Source: Methanothrix sp.
GTDB taxonomy: Archaea; Halobacteriota; Methanosarcinia; Methanotrichales; Methanotrichaceae
Direction of reading: 5' to 3'
Assembly (NCBI GenBank): GCA_963682135.1
Contig: OY821645.1
Location: 2,336,001-2,400,000 of the forward strand
Length of the DNA stretch: 64,000 nucleotides
In this document: positions 49,271 to 58,124 of the stretch, piece after piece
Layout of the letters: every line of letters starts with the position of its first letter
How positions within the stretch are numbered: position 1 is the stretch's first letter
The notes under the pieces: model-generated
Seen by the model: the letters and a program-made list of their open reading frames with translations, nothing else
What the model was told of the DNA's origin: nothing
Databases searched by the model: none
Position numbers and translations under genes: made by a program

Positions 49271-49418
49271 AAGAATTGTTGATCTTGAATAAATACTTAG
49301 AGCTTAGGGCACAATTTTCATACTCATGGGTGCCCAATCGGGCATGAAGGTTTCTTTGGTAGATCTTAAGATAAGAGAATCCATGTTATAAGCGTCTATG
49401 GTGAAGCAGATGATATGC

Positions 49419-49484
49419 TTAGAGAGCAGGTAAATTGACTCTTGCCTGAATGTCTCGCCATCTAATGCAGATGATTTCAGGCAA
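49419..49484 (-). pseudogene. Remnant of DUF3368/PIN partner gene
   Basis: TTG start overlapping the UPF0175 stop; LPEIIC...RVNLPAL*, only 21 codons. Confidence 0.5.
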
Positions 49485-49728
49485 GAGACGCCTCCGCCTT
49501 GAGGTCTTCTTCTGTCAGGCGAAATGTATCCACGCCATAGTTCGCCAGCCGGTTGAGGAAAAGCGTCCTTGGTATTCCTGCCAGTCTGGCCGCCGCTCCG
49601 GATGATAGCCTCCCCATTTCAAATAGCTTTGCGGCTGCTGCCAACCTCAGCTCCTTTCCCAATTCATCCGGGGACATCTTCAGGGCCAGCAAGGCATCAT
49701 CCGGGACTTGCAAGACTATCTCGCTCAT
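49477..49728 (-). CDS. UPF0175-family putative antitoxin
   Basis: ELRLAAAAKLFEMGRLSSGAAARLAG...F...GV; start reassigned to MSEIV. Confidence 0.9.
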   Translation of the reverse strand: MSEIVLQVPDDALLALKMSPDELGKELRLAAAAKLFEMGRLSSGAAARLAGIPRTLFLNRLANYGVDTFRLTEEDLKAEASLA

Positions 49729-49968
49729 GTGCTCTAATGTTATGGCGATTGTTATGTATATCTTTGCATTCATGTGATCGTCTTCCAGAGTTCGATAACA
49801 TGCACGACTGGGGGGCGGTCGATGCTGCGATGATGAGGGCGAGGTCTCCAGGATCCTGAAAAAGGCCAGGCTGGGAGGCGAGGCGGCCAGCGTTCTGGGG
49901 ACAGCGGCAAAGCTGCTCAAGGCCTACATGGGCGGGCTGCCAGAGGACTTTGTTCTCAAATTTCTTCT

Positions 49969-52900
49969 TTACTTCCCCCAGGCTCTCTCCACCAGTCCCC
50001 ATCCCCTGTCTTTGGTGTAGCTTTGCAGGATCTCCTGCACCATGACCATGAACTGCTCCTGAGTCAAGCCAAGCTGCGCAGCCAGTCTCTCCACCAGCGG
50101 CTCTACATTTTTCACATCATCGCTCTTGATGCTCCTCAAGACGATGGCAGCCAGCGCCATGAGCCGCAGACCCTCTTGCACCTTATCCTGCTGCACGGCC
50201 AGAGCGCCGAGCTGGAAGAAGGCTCCCGCTTCCGCGGCTTTGTCGGCCAGCTCTTGATTGATCCGCAGGGCTTTTTGGAAGCTTTCTGCCGCCTTTTCTT
50301 TCTCGCCTGCCTGAGAATGTATCATGCCCAGGCTGTGCAGTATGGCGGCTTCGCCTGACCGATCATACATCTTTGCAAAGAGCGGAAGAGCTTCTGCAAA
50401 CTCCGTACCTGCTTGCTGAAAGTCGCCTTTCTCCAGATCGAGGCTGGCTAGGTTAAAGAGAGCAAAAGCAGCACCTTTACTGTCTCCGCCCGCCTCCAGC
50501 AACTCCTGTGATCTCACTATCCTCTGGCGGGCCCCATCATAATCACGCCGGATCATATCCAGGCGGGCCATCTCCTGCAAAGCAGCCGCCTCGCCTTTGA
50601 CATCTCCCAGGCTCTTCATGATCTCTGCGATCTTCTGCAGCTTCTTTAAAGCCTCATCATTCTCGCCTTTTAACATATCAATGGAGGCCAGTCGGCTCAT
50701 GCTGCTCGCTTCCCCGGATGGATCGCCCAAAGTATGGTATGCCTGCGCCGACTTTTGCAGGTTCTCTCTGGCCTGGTCATATTTTTCCTGGTGCATAAGG
50801 GCCGTGCCCAGACCAAGGTAAGCGTCTGCATCCGGAGCGATTTGTAAAGCCCGCTCATAGCACTCTGCAGCCTTTCTGTATTCTCCCTGATCCAGATGGG
50901 CTTTTGCGATCCAGGCAATAGGGACCGCCGACGACACATTCAGATCCAAAAGCTCCTGGTTTAGCATAATCAGCTCAGAGTAGTAGCCGTGCCTTTGCAG
51001 ATAGCCGCTGATGCGAGCCGTTACGGCTATGGCATTCTTTGCATCCTTGGCCTCCAGATAGTGCCCGCGCGCTTCCAGCATGGCGTCCAACCGGGATAGA
51101 CCCAGCTCACGACTGCGCCCGGCCTCGGCCAGATCTCTGAGAAAATCGCCCGCCGCCTTTTGTGCGGCCCTTTGCTCCTCGGAATTCAATGCCGCCAGGA
51201 GTAAGGCGCGAATGGAGGACGGCACCGCCCACAGCTTTCCAGCGGCATAGGCCAGGGAGAGATCCTGCCAAGTGTTGGCGTTGGCGGCAGCCTGCTCTTT
51301 CGTCAGGCCAGAGACCGCTGCCAGGCCAACTGGATTTATGGCTACGCTAAAAACCGAGGCCTGAGAGAGGGCATGGCTGGAGGCAGAGCTGAGGCGGGTG
51401 GTGAGCTTCGTCAGCGGATCCTCTTCAGCAGCCAGATCCCACTGCCCCAGAGCTTTGCCTATTTGGGCCAGATGAGAAGGATGGCCCGAAGCGGCATGGT
51501 AGTGCGCGGCAAGCAGGGCATAAGAGATCTCGCCTTTTTTATAGCGATCTGCAGTTGACTCGTCTTGAAGAAGATATCTTATGAACGCCGCCTGACCTAA
51601 CCCCTCCAGCTTCCACTGCCAGGCGCGCGCGGGCAGGCTCAGGGCATCGGCCGGTAATTTCTCACAGGTGATGATAACCCGGCTCGACATCATGCCTCTT
51701 AGCATTAGCATGTAAAACTCAGCCAGATCAGGATCGGAGATTTTGCCGGTCTTCTCGGCCAGCTGCAGACCGTCCCAAACCATCAGGATGCGAGATGCCT
51801 TCATTGCATCCAACAGGATTTTTTGTCGCTCTCGGATAGATCGCCCCGCATCTTTGAGACTTCTTGCCAGGGCCTCTTCACCCATTGCGCTAAAATGGCC
51901 CGCTGCCGCCTCTAAGAGCCGGGCCGAGCTTATGCGGTTATGTGGCGAGCCATAAATGGCAAGAATGCTGTAGCCAGCCGATGTCAGCTGCTGAGCGATA
52001 TAAGTTGCCAGAGTGCTCTTGCCGCTGCCGGGAAGGCCGGTGATGATCAGAGTCTGCACTCCGCCTTCTCGCAGAGCAGGAACAAGCTGCAGCAGATCGC
52101 GTCTCCTGTTCACGAAACACTCCGTCCTACCTTGCGTCAGTCCCGGCAAGGCAAACAGCTTCCGGCAAGGGGGAATTGCAGCCGCTTTCTCCTGGGGGTC
52201 GTAGATCTTGGGCAGATCATAGAACGAGTACCTCGCAGGAACTGAAACGGGACTGGAATCAAGAGCAGAAGCTGTCGCACTCTCCCGGCGCACAGATAGC
52301 AGCGCTTCGTCCATTGATCTACCGGCAGCTAGTGATCGGTATAAGGGCTTGCTGGCAGATGCTGGTGCATTCCAGGCCACTGCCAGAGGAATACTCTCTG
52401 CCAGCTTCTGGCAGAGCTGATGAATTGCGCAAGGATTCTCATTCTGCCGGCCACTCAAGATGACGCCCACAAGTCCGGAGTCCTTCAGGGCCGCGGCAAG
52501 CTCCTCAGCCGTTCGCAGATCGGCCCGGCCTGCTGCTCCCTGCATGGAGAATACCGCAATTCCGCCGGAGACCTTTGCCCGACCGGCCAGGTGCATCAGA
52601 TGAGGTCGGAAGGACTCAGCCCTCTCTTTCAGCTCCTCCAAGGTGCCATTCTCGCAGATGTCGAGGGTGATGTCCAGGCCCTCAGAGACCTTCAAGATCG
52701 CCTGTTCTTCCTCTTCATAATCTTGCGGCTCTGCAGCCAGGAAGAGCACCCGCAAAGGTCCGGGCGTCAGCAGGGTAGATGAGGCAATTAGCCCGTCGGC
52801 AATGCCGGGCAGGCGAATGACGGCAAAGCAGTCACTTTCCCCCGGCTGACTGGAAAGATGGAGCAGCTCCCAGGGTAGCTGCAAAACCTCTGCTATGGGC

Positions 52901-53196
52901 GAGGCAACCGTCAGCCGTGCATCAGGCTGGATCATCGCTGCAAGATCCTGCCCGCCTGCCTCTAAAAAGATATGAAACAACCCATCACGCAGTACGGACA
53001 GATAGTCTTTTACACCTGCCAACCCCGCGTCCTTCTGAAGAGAGAAGTACTGTGATGCAGTCTCCAGTACCTGTTGAGTCTGAACTGGTGTAAGCGTTCT
53101 CTCTACTCGAACATTACCATCGATCTGGATTTTATAGGCAAAGGTCCTGGCAGCGGCAGTTCCTGCCTCAAAGACTGTGATTGTGATATTTTGCAT
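49969..53196 (-). CDS. CHAT-like domain (catalytic dyad lost) + STAND P-loop ATPase + TPR protein
   Basis: LPWELL, LRVLFLAAEP, HLAGRA, LSGRQ; GLPGSGKST, LMVWD; C-terminal TPRs. Confidence 0.88.
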   Translation of the reverse strand: MQNITITVFEAGTAAARTFAYKIQIDGNVRVERTLTPVQTQQVLETASQYFSLQKDAGLAGVKDYLSVLRDGLFHIFLEAGGQDLAAMIQPDARLTVASPIAEVLQLPWELLHLSSQPGESDCFAVIRLPGIADGLIASSTLLTPGPLRVLFLAAEPQDYEEEEQAILKVSEGLDITLDICENGTLEELKERAESFRPHLMHLAGRAKVSGGIAVFSMQGAAGRADLRTAEELAAALKDSGLVGVILSGRQNENPCAIHQLCQKLAESIPLAVAWNAPASASKPLYRSLAAGRSMDEALLSVRRESATASALDSSPVSVPARYSFYDLPKIYDPQEKAAAIPPCRKLFALPGLTQGRTECFVNRRRDLLQLVPALREGGVQTLIITGLPGSGKSTLATYIAQQLTSAGYSILAIYGSPHNRISSARLLEAAAGHFSAMGEEALARSLKDAGRSIRERQKILLDAMKASRILMVWDGLQLAEKTGKISDPDLAEFYMLMLRGMMSSRVIITCEKLPADALSLPARAWQWKLEGLGQAAFIRYLLQDESTADRYKKGEISYALLAAHYHAASGHPSHLAQIGKALGQWDLAAEEDPLTKLTTRLSSASSHALSQASVFSVAINPVGLAAVSGLTKEQAAANANTWQDLSLAYAAGKLWAVPSSIRALLLAALNSEEQRAAQKAAGDFLRDLAEAGRSRELGLSRLDAMLEARGHYLEAKDAKNAIAVTARISGYLQRHGYYSELIMLNQELLDLNVSSAVPIAWIAKAHLDQGEYRKAAECYERALQIAPDADAYLGLGTALMHQEKYDQARENLQKSAQAYHTLGDPSGEASSMSRLASIDMLKGENDEALKKLQKIAEIMKSLGDVKGEAAALQEMARLDMIRRDYDGARQRIVRSQELLEAGGDSKGAAFALFNLASLDLEKGDFQQAGTEFAEALPLFAKMYDRSGEAAILHSLGMIHSQAGEKEKAAESFQKALRINQELADKAAEAGAFFQLGALAVQQDKVQEGLRLMALAAIVLRSIKSDDVKNVEPLVERLAAQLGLTQEQFMVMVQEILQSYTKDRGWGLVERAWGK

Positions 53197-53202
53197 AATT
53201 GC

Positions 53203-54111
53203 TCATCTCCTATTATTGATCGATTCCAGGTCCTTCCGGGCCTTGCGTTCGCAATAGTCCTTGGGCTCCAGATGTACCACCACATCCCTGACCCCGGGAA
53301 TCTTGCTCTTTATCATGCTCTCTACATCTTCCCCAACTTTATGGGCTGCATCTATGGATAGCGACGAGTCTACACCAATATGCAGATCAACGAAAATCTC
53401 CCCGATCATGCCTCGCGTGCGAACCCCGTGGCAGGTGCAGACGCCCTCTACCGACTTTGCCAGATCGATTATCAAGCTCTCTTCCACCAGAGCTTTGTCC
53501 AGCAGTACCTTGGAGTTGTCTCTTACAATCTCAAGACCCGTCAGGAGGATTAAGCCGCAGATAAGCAGAGCTATGACCGGATCGGCCAGAGGATAGCCCA
53601 TCTTGACCGCGAATAGGCTCAGGATGACGCCCACGGAGGCCAGGATATCGCTTCGCGTATGCAGGGAGTCCGCCACCAGAATGCTGCTCTTCAGCTTCTT
53701 GCCCAGGATATATTCGTAAGCCGAGACGCCGATATTGATAGCCAGGGTTATGCCCATAACTGCAAAAGACATTTCGGTTATCTGGGGAGTGGACTGGCTG
53801 TGCAGGCGATTTACCGCCGCCAGGACCAGCTCTATTGAGCCGGCAAATAGCAGTACGGCTATCCCCAGAGAGGCAAAGGTTTCGAACTTGGCGTGGCCGT
53901 AGGGATATTCTTTGTTGGGAGGGCGGGCAGCCAGGGAGATGCCCACCAGGCCGATGATGTTGGAGGTACCATCAAAGAGAGAATGCAGGCCGTCTGCGCT
54001 CATGGAAAGGGAACCGGTAAGAAGGCCGTAGCCTCCTTTGGCCAGAGCGGTTGCTATGTTGATTATGAATATTATTATAAGGATGCGCGAAACCGTCTCA
54101 TAGTAGGCCAT
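53203..54111 (-). CDS. Cation diffusion facilitator (FieF-like)
   Basis: ADGLHSLFD, YPYGHAKFE, HTRSD, VVHLEP; start reassigned. Confidence 0.93.
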   Translation of the reverse strand: MAYYETVSRILIIIFIINIATALAKGGYGLLTGSLSMSADGLHSLFDGTSNIIGLVGISLAARPPNKEYPYGHAKFETFASLGIAVLLFAGSIELVLAAVNRLHSQSTPQITEMSFAVMGITLAINIGVSAYEYILGKKLKSSILVADSLHTRSDILASVGVILSLFAVKMGYPLADPVIALLICGLILLTGLEIVRDNSKVLLDKALVEESLIIDLAKSVEGVCTCHGVRTRGMIGEIFVDLHIGVDSSLSIDAAHKVGEDVESMIKSKIPGVRDVVVHLEPKDYCERKARKDLESINNRR

Positions 54112-54152
54112 CAGGATAGCTATGAAAGGGAAGCGATAAATAATTTTTTGAC

Positions 54153-54725
54153 TCAGGCGACGGTTATCACCGTTGGCATACCTCTGCCCTGCAAGTCCTT
54201 CTCTGTCAGGGCTCTGCGATTGCCTTCCCGGTCCACGAGGATCAAATTCTGCAGATGCCACTCGCCCGTCTCATTGCAGGGGGGTAGAGACATCTGTGCA
54301 TCGTAATATCCATCTTTGCCATTTCCTGAGGTGAGATTCTGGGTAGAGAAGAGCGCGGCAGCTTCCTCTCCCGACGGGCCGGAAAATGTCGCCTCAGCCG
54401 CCCAAACGCTCTGGTCGTCGATGAGGTGAGCGGTTAGGTTTACTGTCTGGGGCAAAGTGGCAAAGAGCTTTTGCGGCTGGAGGGTGAACCCCGCGATGTT
54501 CGGCGGCTGGTCGTCTGCCAGCGGGCCCACTGCCGTGCTTTGGGGCGGGGCCAGGGGGTCGGCTGTGCCTTCTGGAGAGAAGCATTCGCTGCTGCTTCCA
54601 ATCTTCACAGTCTTCTCAATGGAAAAGGAGCCCACCAGGTCCTCCACGCTTTTGCCGTAGCCGCAGGCAGGGGATGCGAGGGCGAGGAGGAGGAGAAGGG
54701 CCAAAATTAGGTCTCGATAATGCAA
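54153..54725 (-). CDS. Secreted hypothetical protein (Ig-like)
   Basis: Signal peptide; SGNGKDGYY, GEWHL, DREGN. Confidence 0.75.
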   Translation of the reverse strand: MHYRDLILALLLLLALASPACGYGKSVEDLVGSFSIEKTVKIGSSSECFSPEGTADPLAPPQSTAVGPLADDQPPNIAGFTLQPQKLFATLPQTVNLTAHLIDDQSVWAAEATFSGPSGEEAAALFSTQNLTSGNGKDGYYDAQMSLPPCNETGEWHLQNLILVDREGNRRALTEKDLQGRGMPTVITVA

Positions 54726-54837
54726 ACTGCGTTCACCTTTGTCACTGTTGGCGGGAGGCGGACAAATATCTTTTCCTGGCTGGAACTGACAAGGAGGCTG
54801 GAAAATCCTAATTACTGGCAGATCAGATTGATTTGTT

Positions 54838-55314
54838 GTGATTCAATCCGGTGACCAGTTCATCGCCGGCCGCTCCGGGGGAGTGGTCGGAGCTGTCGTC
54901 CCCTGGCGAGGGGCCTTTGCTGGTGTAGCTCCGGCGCATATATTTCACGCCGCAGGAACGCACAACCTGCGCGTAGGAGGGCAGGCCTGCAAGGTGGCTT
55001 ACATACCCAGCGATGCCGATCTGGCCTTCTTTCCGATCCTTGGAGCCTGTCGGACTACGGACCTGGGAAAGCCCAGGCTGGGCGAAGCCGATCTTAAAAA
55101 CTCACAACGCTGCCTGAAATGCCGCATCTCCGACACGTCCTGGTCGATTGTCTATGTCGTGCTGCCTTTGGGGAATCTGCCAGGCCCCGGTGACAGCGGC
55201 AGCCCCTTGATTCAGGATGGTCGCGTGGTTGGACTTCTGCTCTCGCTCAACATGCACACCTGCAAGGGGATCGCCATCTCGGCGGAGATGATAATGCGAG
55301 AAATTCGGATCTGA
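54838..55314 (+). CDS. Small trypsin-like (PA clan) serine protease
   Basis: PAHIF, DADLA, PGDSGSPL triad motifs. Confidence 0.72.
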   Translation: MIQSGDQFIAGRSGGVVGAVVPWRGAFAGVAPAHIFHAAGTHNLRVGGQACKVAYIPSDADLAFFPILGACRTTDLGKPRLGEADLKNSQRCLKCRISDTSWSIVYVVLPLGNLPGPGDSGSPLIQDGRVVGLLLSLNMHTCKGIAISAEMIMREIRI

Positions 55315-55363
55315 TTCTCAAGCCCACAAATATATCAATAAGTTGCTACCATTACTATTAATC

Positions 55364-55771
55364 ATGTCACTAAGAGAAAACATCCTCAAGGTCACGGGCG
55401 GCGAGAAGGTGGCTGCCGTGGCCACAACGCAGGAAGGCAAACCGGCCGTGAGGTTCATGGCCCTTTTTGGCCTGGACGATCTAACTATGATCGCAGCCAC
55501 CATGAAAAGCTCTCGCAAGGTCGAGCAGATCAAGAAGAATCCGGCGGTGGCGCTCTCCATCTGGTCGGGAAAGAACTTTAGCGATCCTTATGTGATAATC
55601 CAGGGCAAGGGCTCTGTCCATGAAGACCTGGGGACCAAAAAGAAGTTCTGGAATCCCAAGTTGGAAGCCTACTTCCAGAAACCGGAGAACCCTGAATATG
55701 TAGTTATCAAATTCGTTCCTCAGAGAATCGAATACTATCATGATATGACCATGGAGATCTGGGAAGGCTGA
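55364..55771 (+). CDS. Pyridoxamine 5'-phosphate oxidase-like (general stress 26-type) flavin-binding protein
   Basis: GKPAVRFM, SRKVEQIKKNP, PENPEY. Confidence 0.88.
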   Translation: MSLRENILKVTGGEKVAAVATTQEGKPAVRFMALFGLDDLTMIAATMKSSRKVEQIKKNPAVALSIWSGKNFSDPYVIIQGKGSVHEDLGTKKKFWNPKLEAYFQKPENPEYVVIKFVPQRIEYYHDMTMEIWEG

Positions 55772-55850
55772 TTGCAATTCCAATATCGTTTGAAAATAGA
55801 AAAATATGATGAGAAGATCCTGCCTGAGGCGGGATCTACCACTCGTTTCT

Positions 55851-57365
55851 TCAAGCAGGGTTGTAGCTTATCCGGTAGATGACCCCGTTCATGTCATCGG
55901 ATACCAGCATTGATCCGTCTTTTAGAGGCTGCACATCAACTGGCCTGCCCCAGGCGGTATCATTTTGCAGCCAGCCTTCTGCAAATATTTCCTGGCCCAC
56001 AGCGGTATTGTTCTGCAGACGAATCACAGCCAGGCGATAGCCGATAGGTGCATCCCTGTTCCAGGAGCCGTGCTCGGCTATGAATATCTGTCCCAGGTAG
56101 TCCTTGGGAAACTGTGTTCCAGTGTAAAACCTCATTCCCAGGGGAGCAACATGCGGGCCCAGCATCCAGGCGGGAGGAACCATTGTGTTGCAGGTGTAAT
56201 TCTTATCGGATCCCAGATCTGGGTCAGGAATGCTGCCTGAGTGGCAGACGGGAAAGCCGAAGTTAAGGCCTTGTACAGGCGCATGGTTGAGTTCGTCTGA
56301 GGGCACATCGTTGCCCAGCAGATCTCTGCCGTTATCTGTAAACCATAGCTCTCCTGTTGCCGGGTCCCAGTCAAAGCCCACCGAGTTCCTAACGCCCCGG
56401 GCAAATATCTCCATATCGTTGCCGTCCGGATTCATGCGCACTATGGTGGCATTCAGCTCATCATTATGATGGCAGACGTTGCAGTTCGCCCCCATGGCCA
56501 GGTAGAGCTTGCCTTCCGGCCCAAAGCCAATGTAGCGCCAGCCGTGCTGAAGATACTGGGGAAGCTCTTTGACTATGACCGGCTCCTTCGGGGCATCCAA
56601 CTGGGCCTCGATATCATCGAATCTGATGATGCGGTTGATCTCAGCCACGTAAAGAGATCCATCCTTAAAGGCCACGCCATTGGGATTGTTCAGACCTTCT
56701 GCGATGACGGAAATCTCGCCGGGCTCTGCATAGTTGTCATTATTCTTATCTACAATGGCGTAAAGAGCCGAGCCGTTAGGAGAATCGAGAGTCTCGAATG
56801 GACGGCGCGTGCCAACAAAGAGCGTTCCATTGGGGCTTAAAGCCATTGATCTGGCAAAGGTAAGATTCTCGGCATAGATCTCGATCTTAAAGTTTGGCGG
56901 AAGCAGGATCTTGTCTAAGGGAAGCGATATCTTCTCTTCAGTTGTATTTCTTCCTCCTGCCTGCTGCACTACCAGCTTGGCATCTCCCTCAACTGTGATC
57001 TCGGCAGACCTGCTGCCGGCAATGACGCAGTAGGCCGTGACCTTGAGGACATCTCCTTTGCTGGCGTTCAGGGGATAGTCATAACTGAACGTCGAAGACG
57101 TAGGCTGGCTCGTGTACTCTTTGGTCAAGATCTGCTCACCATTTTTCAGGACAGTGATCTTGAAGACATAATGGCTGGCAGGATTTGATACTACGTGGGT
57201 GGTCGTTACACTCAAGCTCTGATTCTGGCTGTCATAGGCAAGACTCACCTGGGCAGGAGGATGAGCGGTAGCTGGCAATGCCAGCATGATATACAGCAAT
57301 AGAGCCGCAAGTCTCTTGATGTTCCCGAAGTGCGAATCCTTTAAACATATAGACTTCTTATCCAT
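55851..57365 (-). CDS. Secreted glucose/sorbosone dehydrogenase (PQQ-type beta-propeller) with extra N-terminal HPP domain
   Basis: ARSMA, PNGVAF, GVRNSVG, TDNGRD, HGSWNR, GRPVDV; start reassigned. Confidence 0.9.
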   Translation of the reverse strand: MDKKSICLKDSHFGNIKRLAALLLYIMLALPATAHPPAQVSLAYDSQNQSLSVTTTHVVSNPASHYVFKITVLKNGEQILTKEYTSQPTSSTFSYDYPLNASKGDVLKVTAYCVIAGSRSAEITVEGDAKLVVQQAGGRNTTEEKISLPLDKILLPPNFKIEIYAENLTFARSMALSPNGTLFVGTRRPFETLDSPNGSALYAIVDKNNDNYAEPGEISVIAEGLNNPNGVAFKDGSLYVAEINRIIRFDDIEAQLDAPKEPVIVKELPQYLQHGWRYIGFGPEGKLYLAMGANCNVCHHNDELNATIVRMNPDGNDMEIFARGVRNSVGFDWDPATGELWFTDNGRDLLGNDVPSDELNHAPVQGLNFGFPVCHSGSIPDPDLGSDKNYTCNTMVPPAWMLGPHVAPLGMRFYTGTQFPKDYLGQIFIAEHGSWNRDAPIGYRLAVIRLQNNTAVGQEIFAEGWLQNDTAWGRPVDVQPLKDGSMLVSDDMNGVIYRISYNPA

Positions 57366-57476
57366 TTGCAGCACACAAAACACCTCTTGGATAGCGAGAA
57401 CTAATAATATTAATTGGGGCAGCATCTTAATAAAAGGTTTGGCGGAATAGCAGAATATCGCAGAATAAACGGATTG

Positions 57477-58121
57477 ATGGCCTTGGAAGAATTTGATCCC
57501 GAATCCCGAATGAACGATATCCGGTCCATGTACCTGCAAGCCGATCCCGCTCATGATTTCTCTCACATCTTACGAGTCTACAGAAATGCCCGCTTAATCG
57601 GCCAGGAGGAAGGCGCAGACATGCCGGTGCTGCTCCTGGCTGCGCTGCTGCATGATGTTGGATCAGAAAAAAAGCAAACTGTGAACCAGGACGTATCAGT
57701 GGGCCTGGGACATGAGGCCGTGCAGTCCTTCCTGAAGTCCATCGGGCTAAAAGAGGCGGCAAGAGAGAAGGTCCTGTATGCCATAGATGTGCACCGATTT
57801 TCCAAAGGAATCGTCCCCGTCACTCTGGAGGCCAGGGTGCTTCAGGATGCCGATCGGCTGGATGCCATTGGAGCCATTGGAATTGCCCGCGTCTTTCTCA
57901 CCGGAGGAACTTTAGGAAGAGAGCTTTACCATCCCACCGATCCCTTCTGCCGGTCCAGAGAGCCGGATGACAATAAATGGAATCTGGACCATTTCTACAA
58001 AAAGCTGCTCAAACTGGAAGCGGGCATGCATACCAAGAGCGCCAAAAGGCTGGCTGCAGGAAGGACGACAGTCTTGAGAAGATACCTTCAGGACCTGGAA
58101 GAAGAGATTGGAAAGGTGTAA
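57477..58121 (+). CDS. HD-domain hydrolase (YedJ-like)
   Basis: AHDFSHILRV, LLHD, DADRLDAIGAIG, HFYKKLL. Confidence 0.92.
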   Translation: MALEEFDPESRMNDIRSMYLQADPAHDFSHILRVYRNARLIGQEEGADMPVLLLAALLHDVGSEKKQTVNQDVSVGLGHEAVQSFLKSIGLKEAAREKVLYAIDVHRFSKGIVPVTLEARVLQDADRLDAIGAIGIARVFLTGGTLGRELYHPTDPFCRSREPDDNKWNLDHFYKKLLKLEAGMHTKSAKRLAAGRTTVLRRYLQDLEEEIGKV

Positions 58122-58124
58122 TAA

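Larger units (their letters stand above)
47842..49358 (-). mobile_element. IS110-family insertion sequence (~1.51 kb)
   Basis: TCTTTG direct repeat at 47842-47847 and 49353-49358; subterminal IR TATGAAAAT (47849-57)/ATTTTCATA (49314-22); long non-coding left end. Confidence 0.88.

Noticed and set aside
49800-49968. Coding-like plus-strand fragment (DDEGEVSRILKKARLGG...)
   Set aside because: No start codon and no recognisable family; probably a gene scrap.
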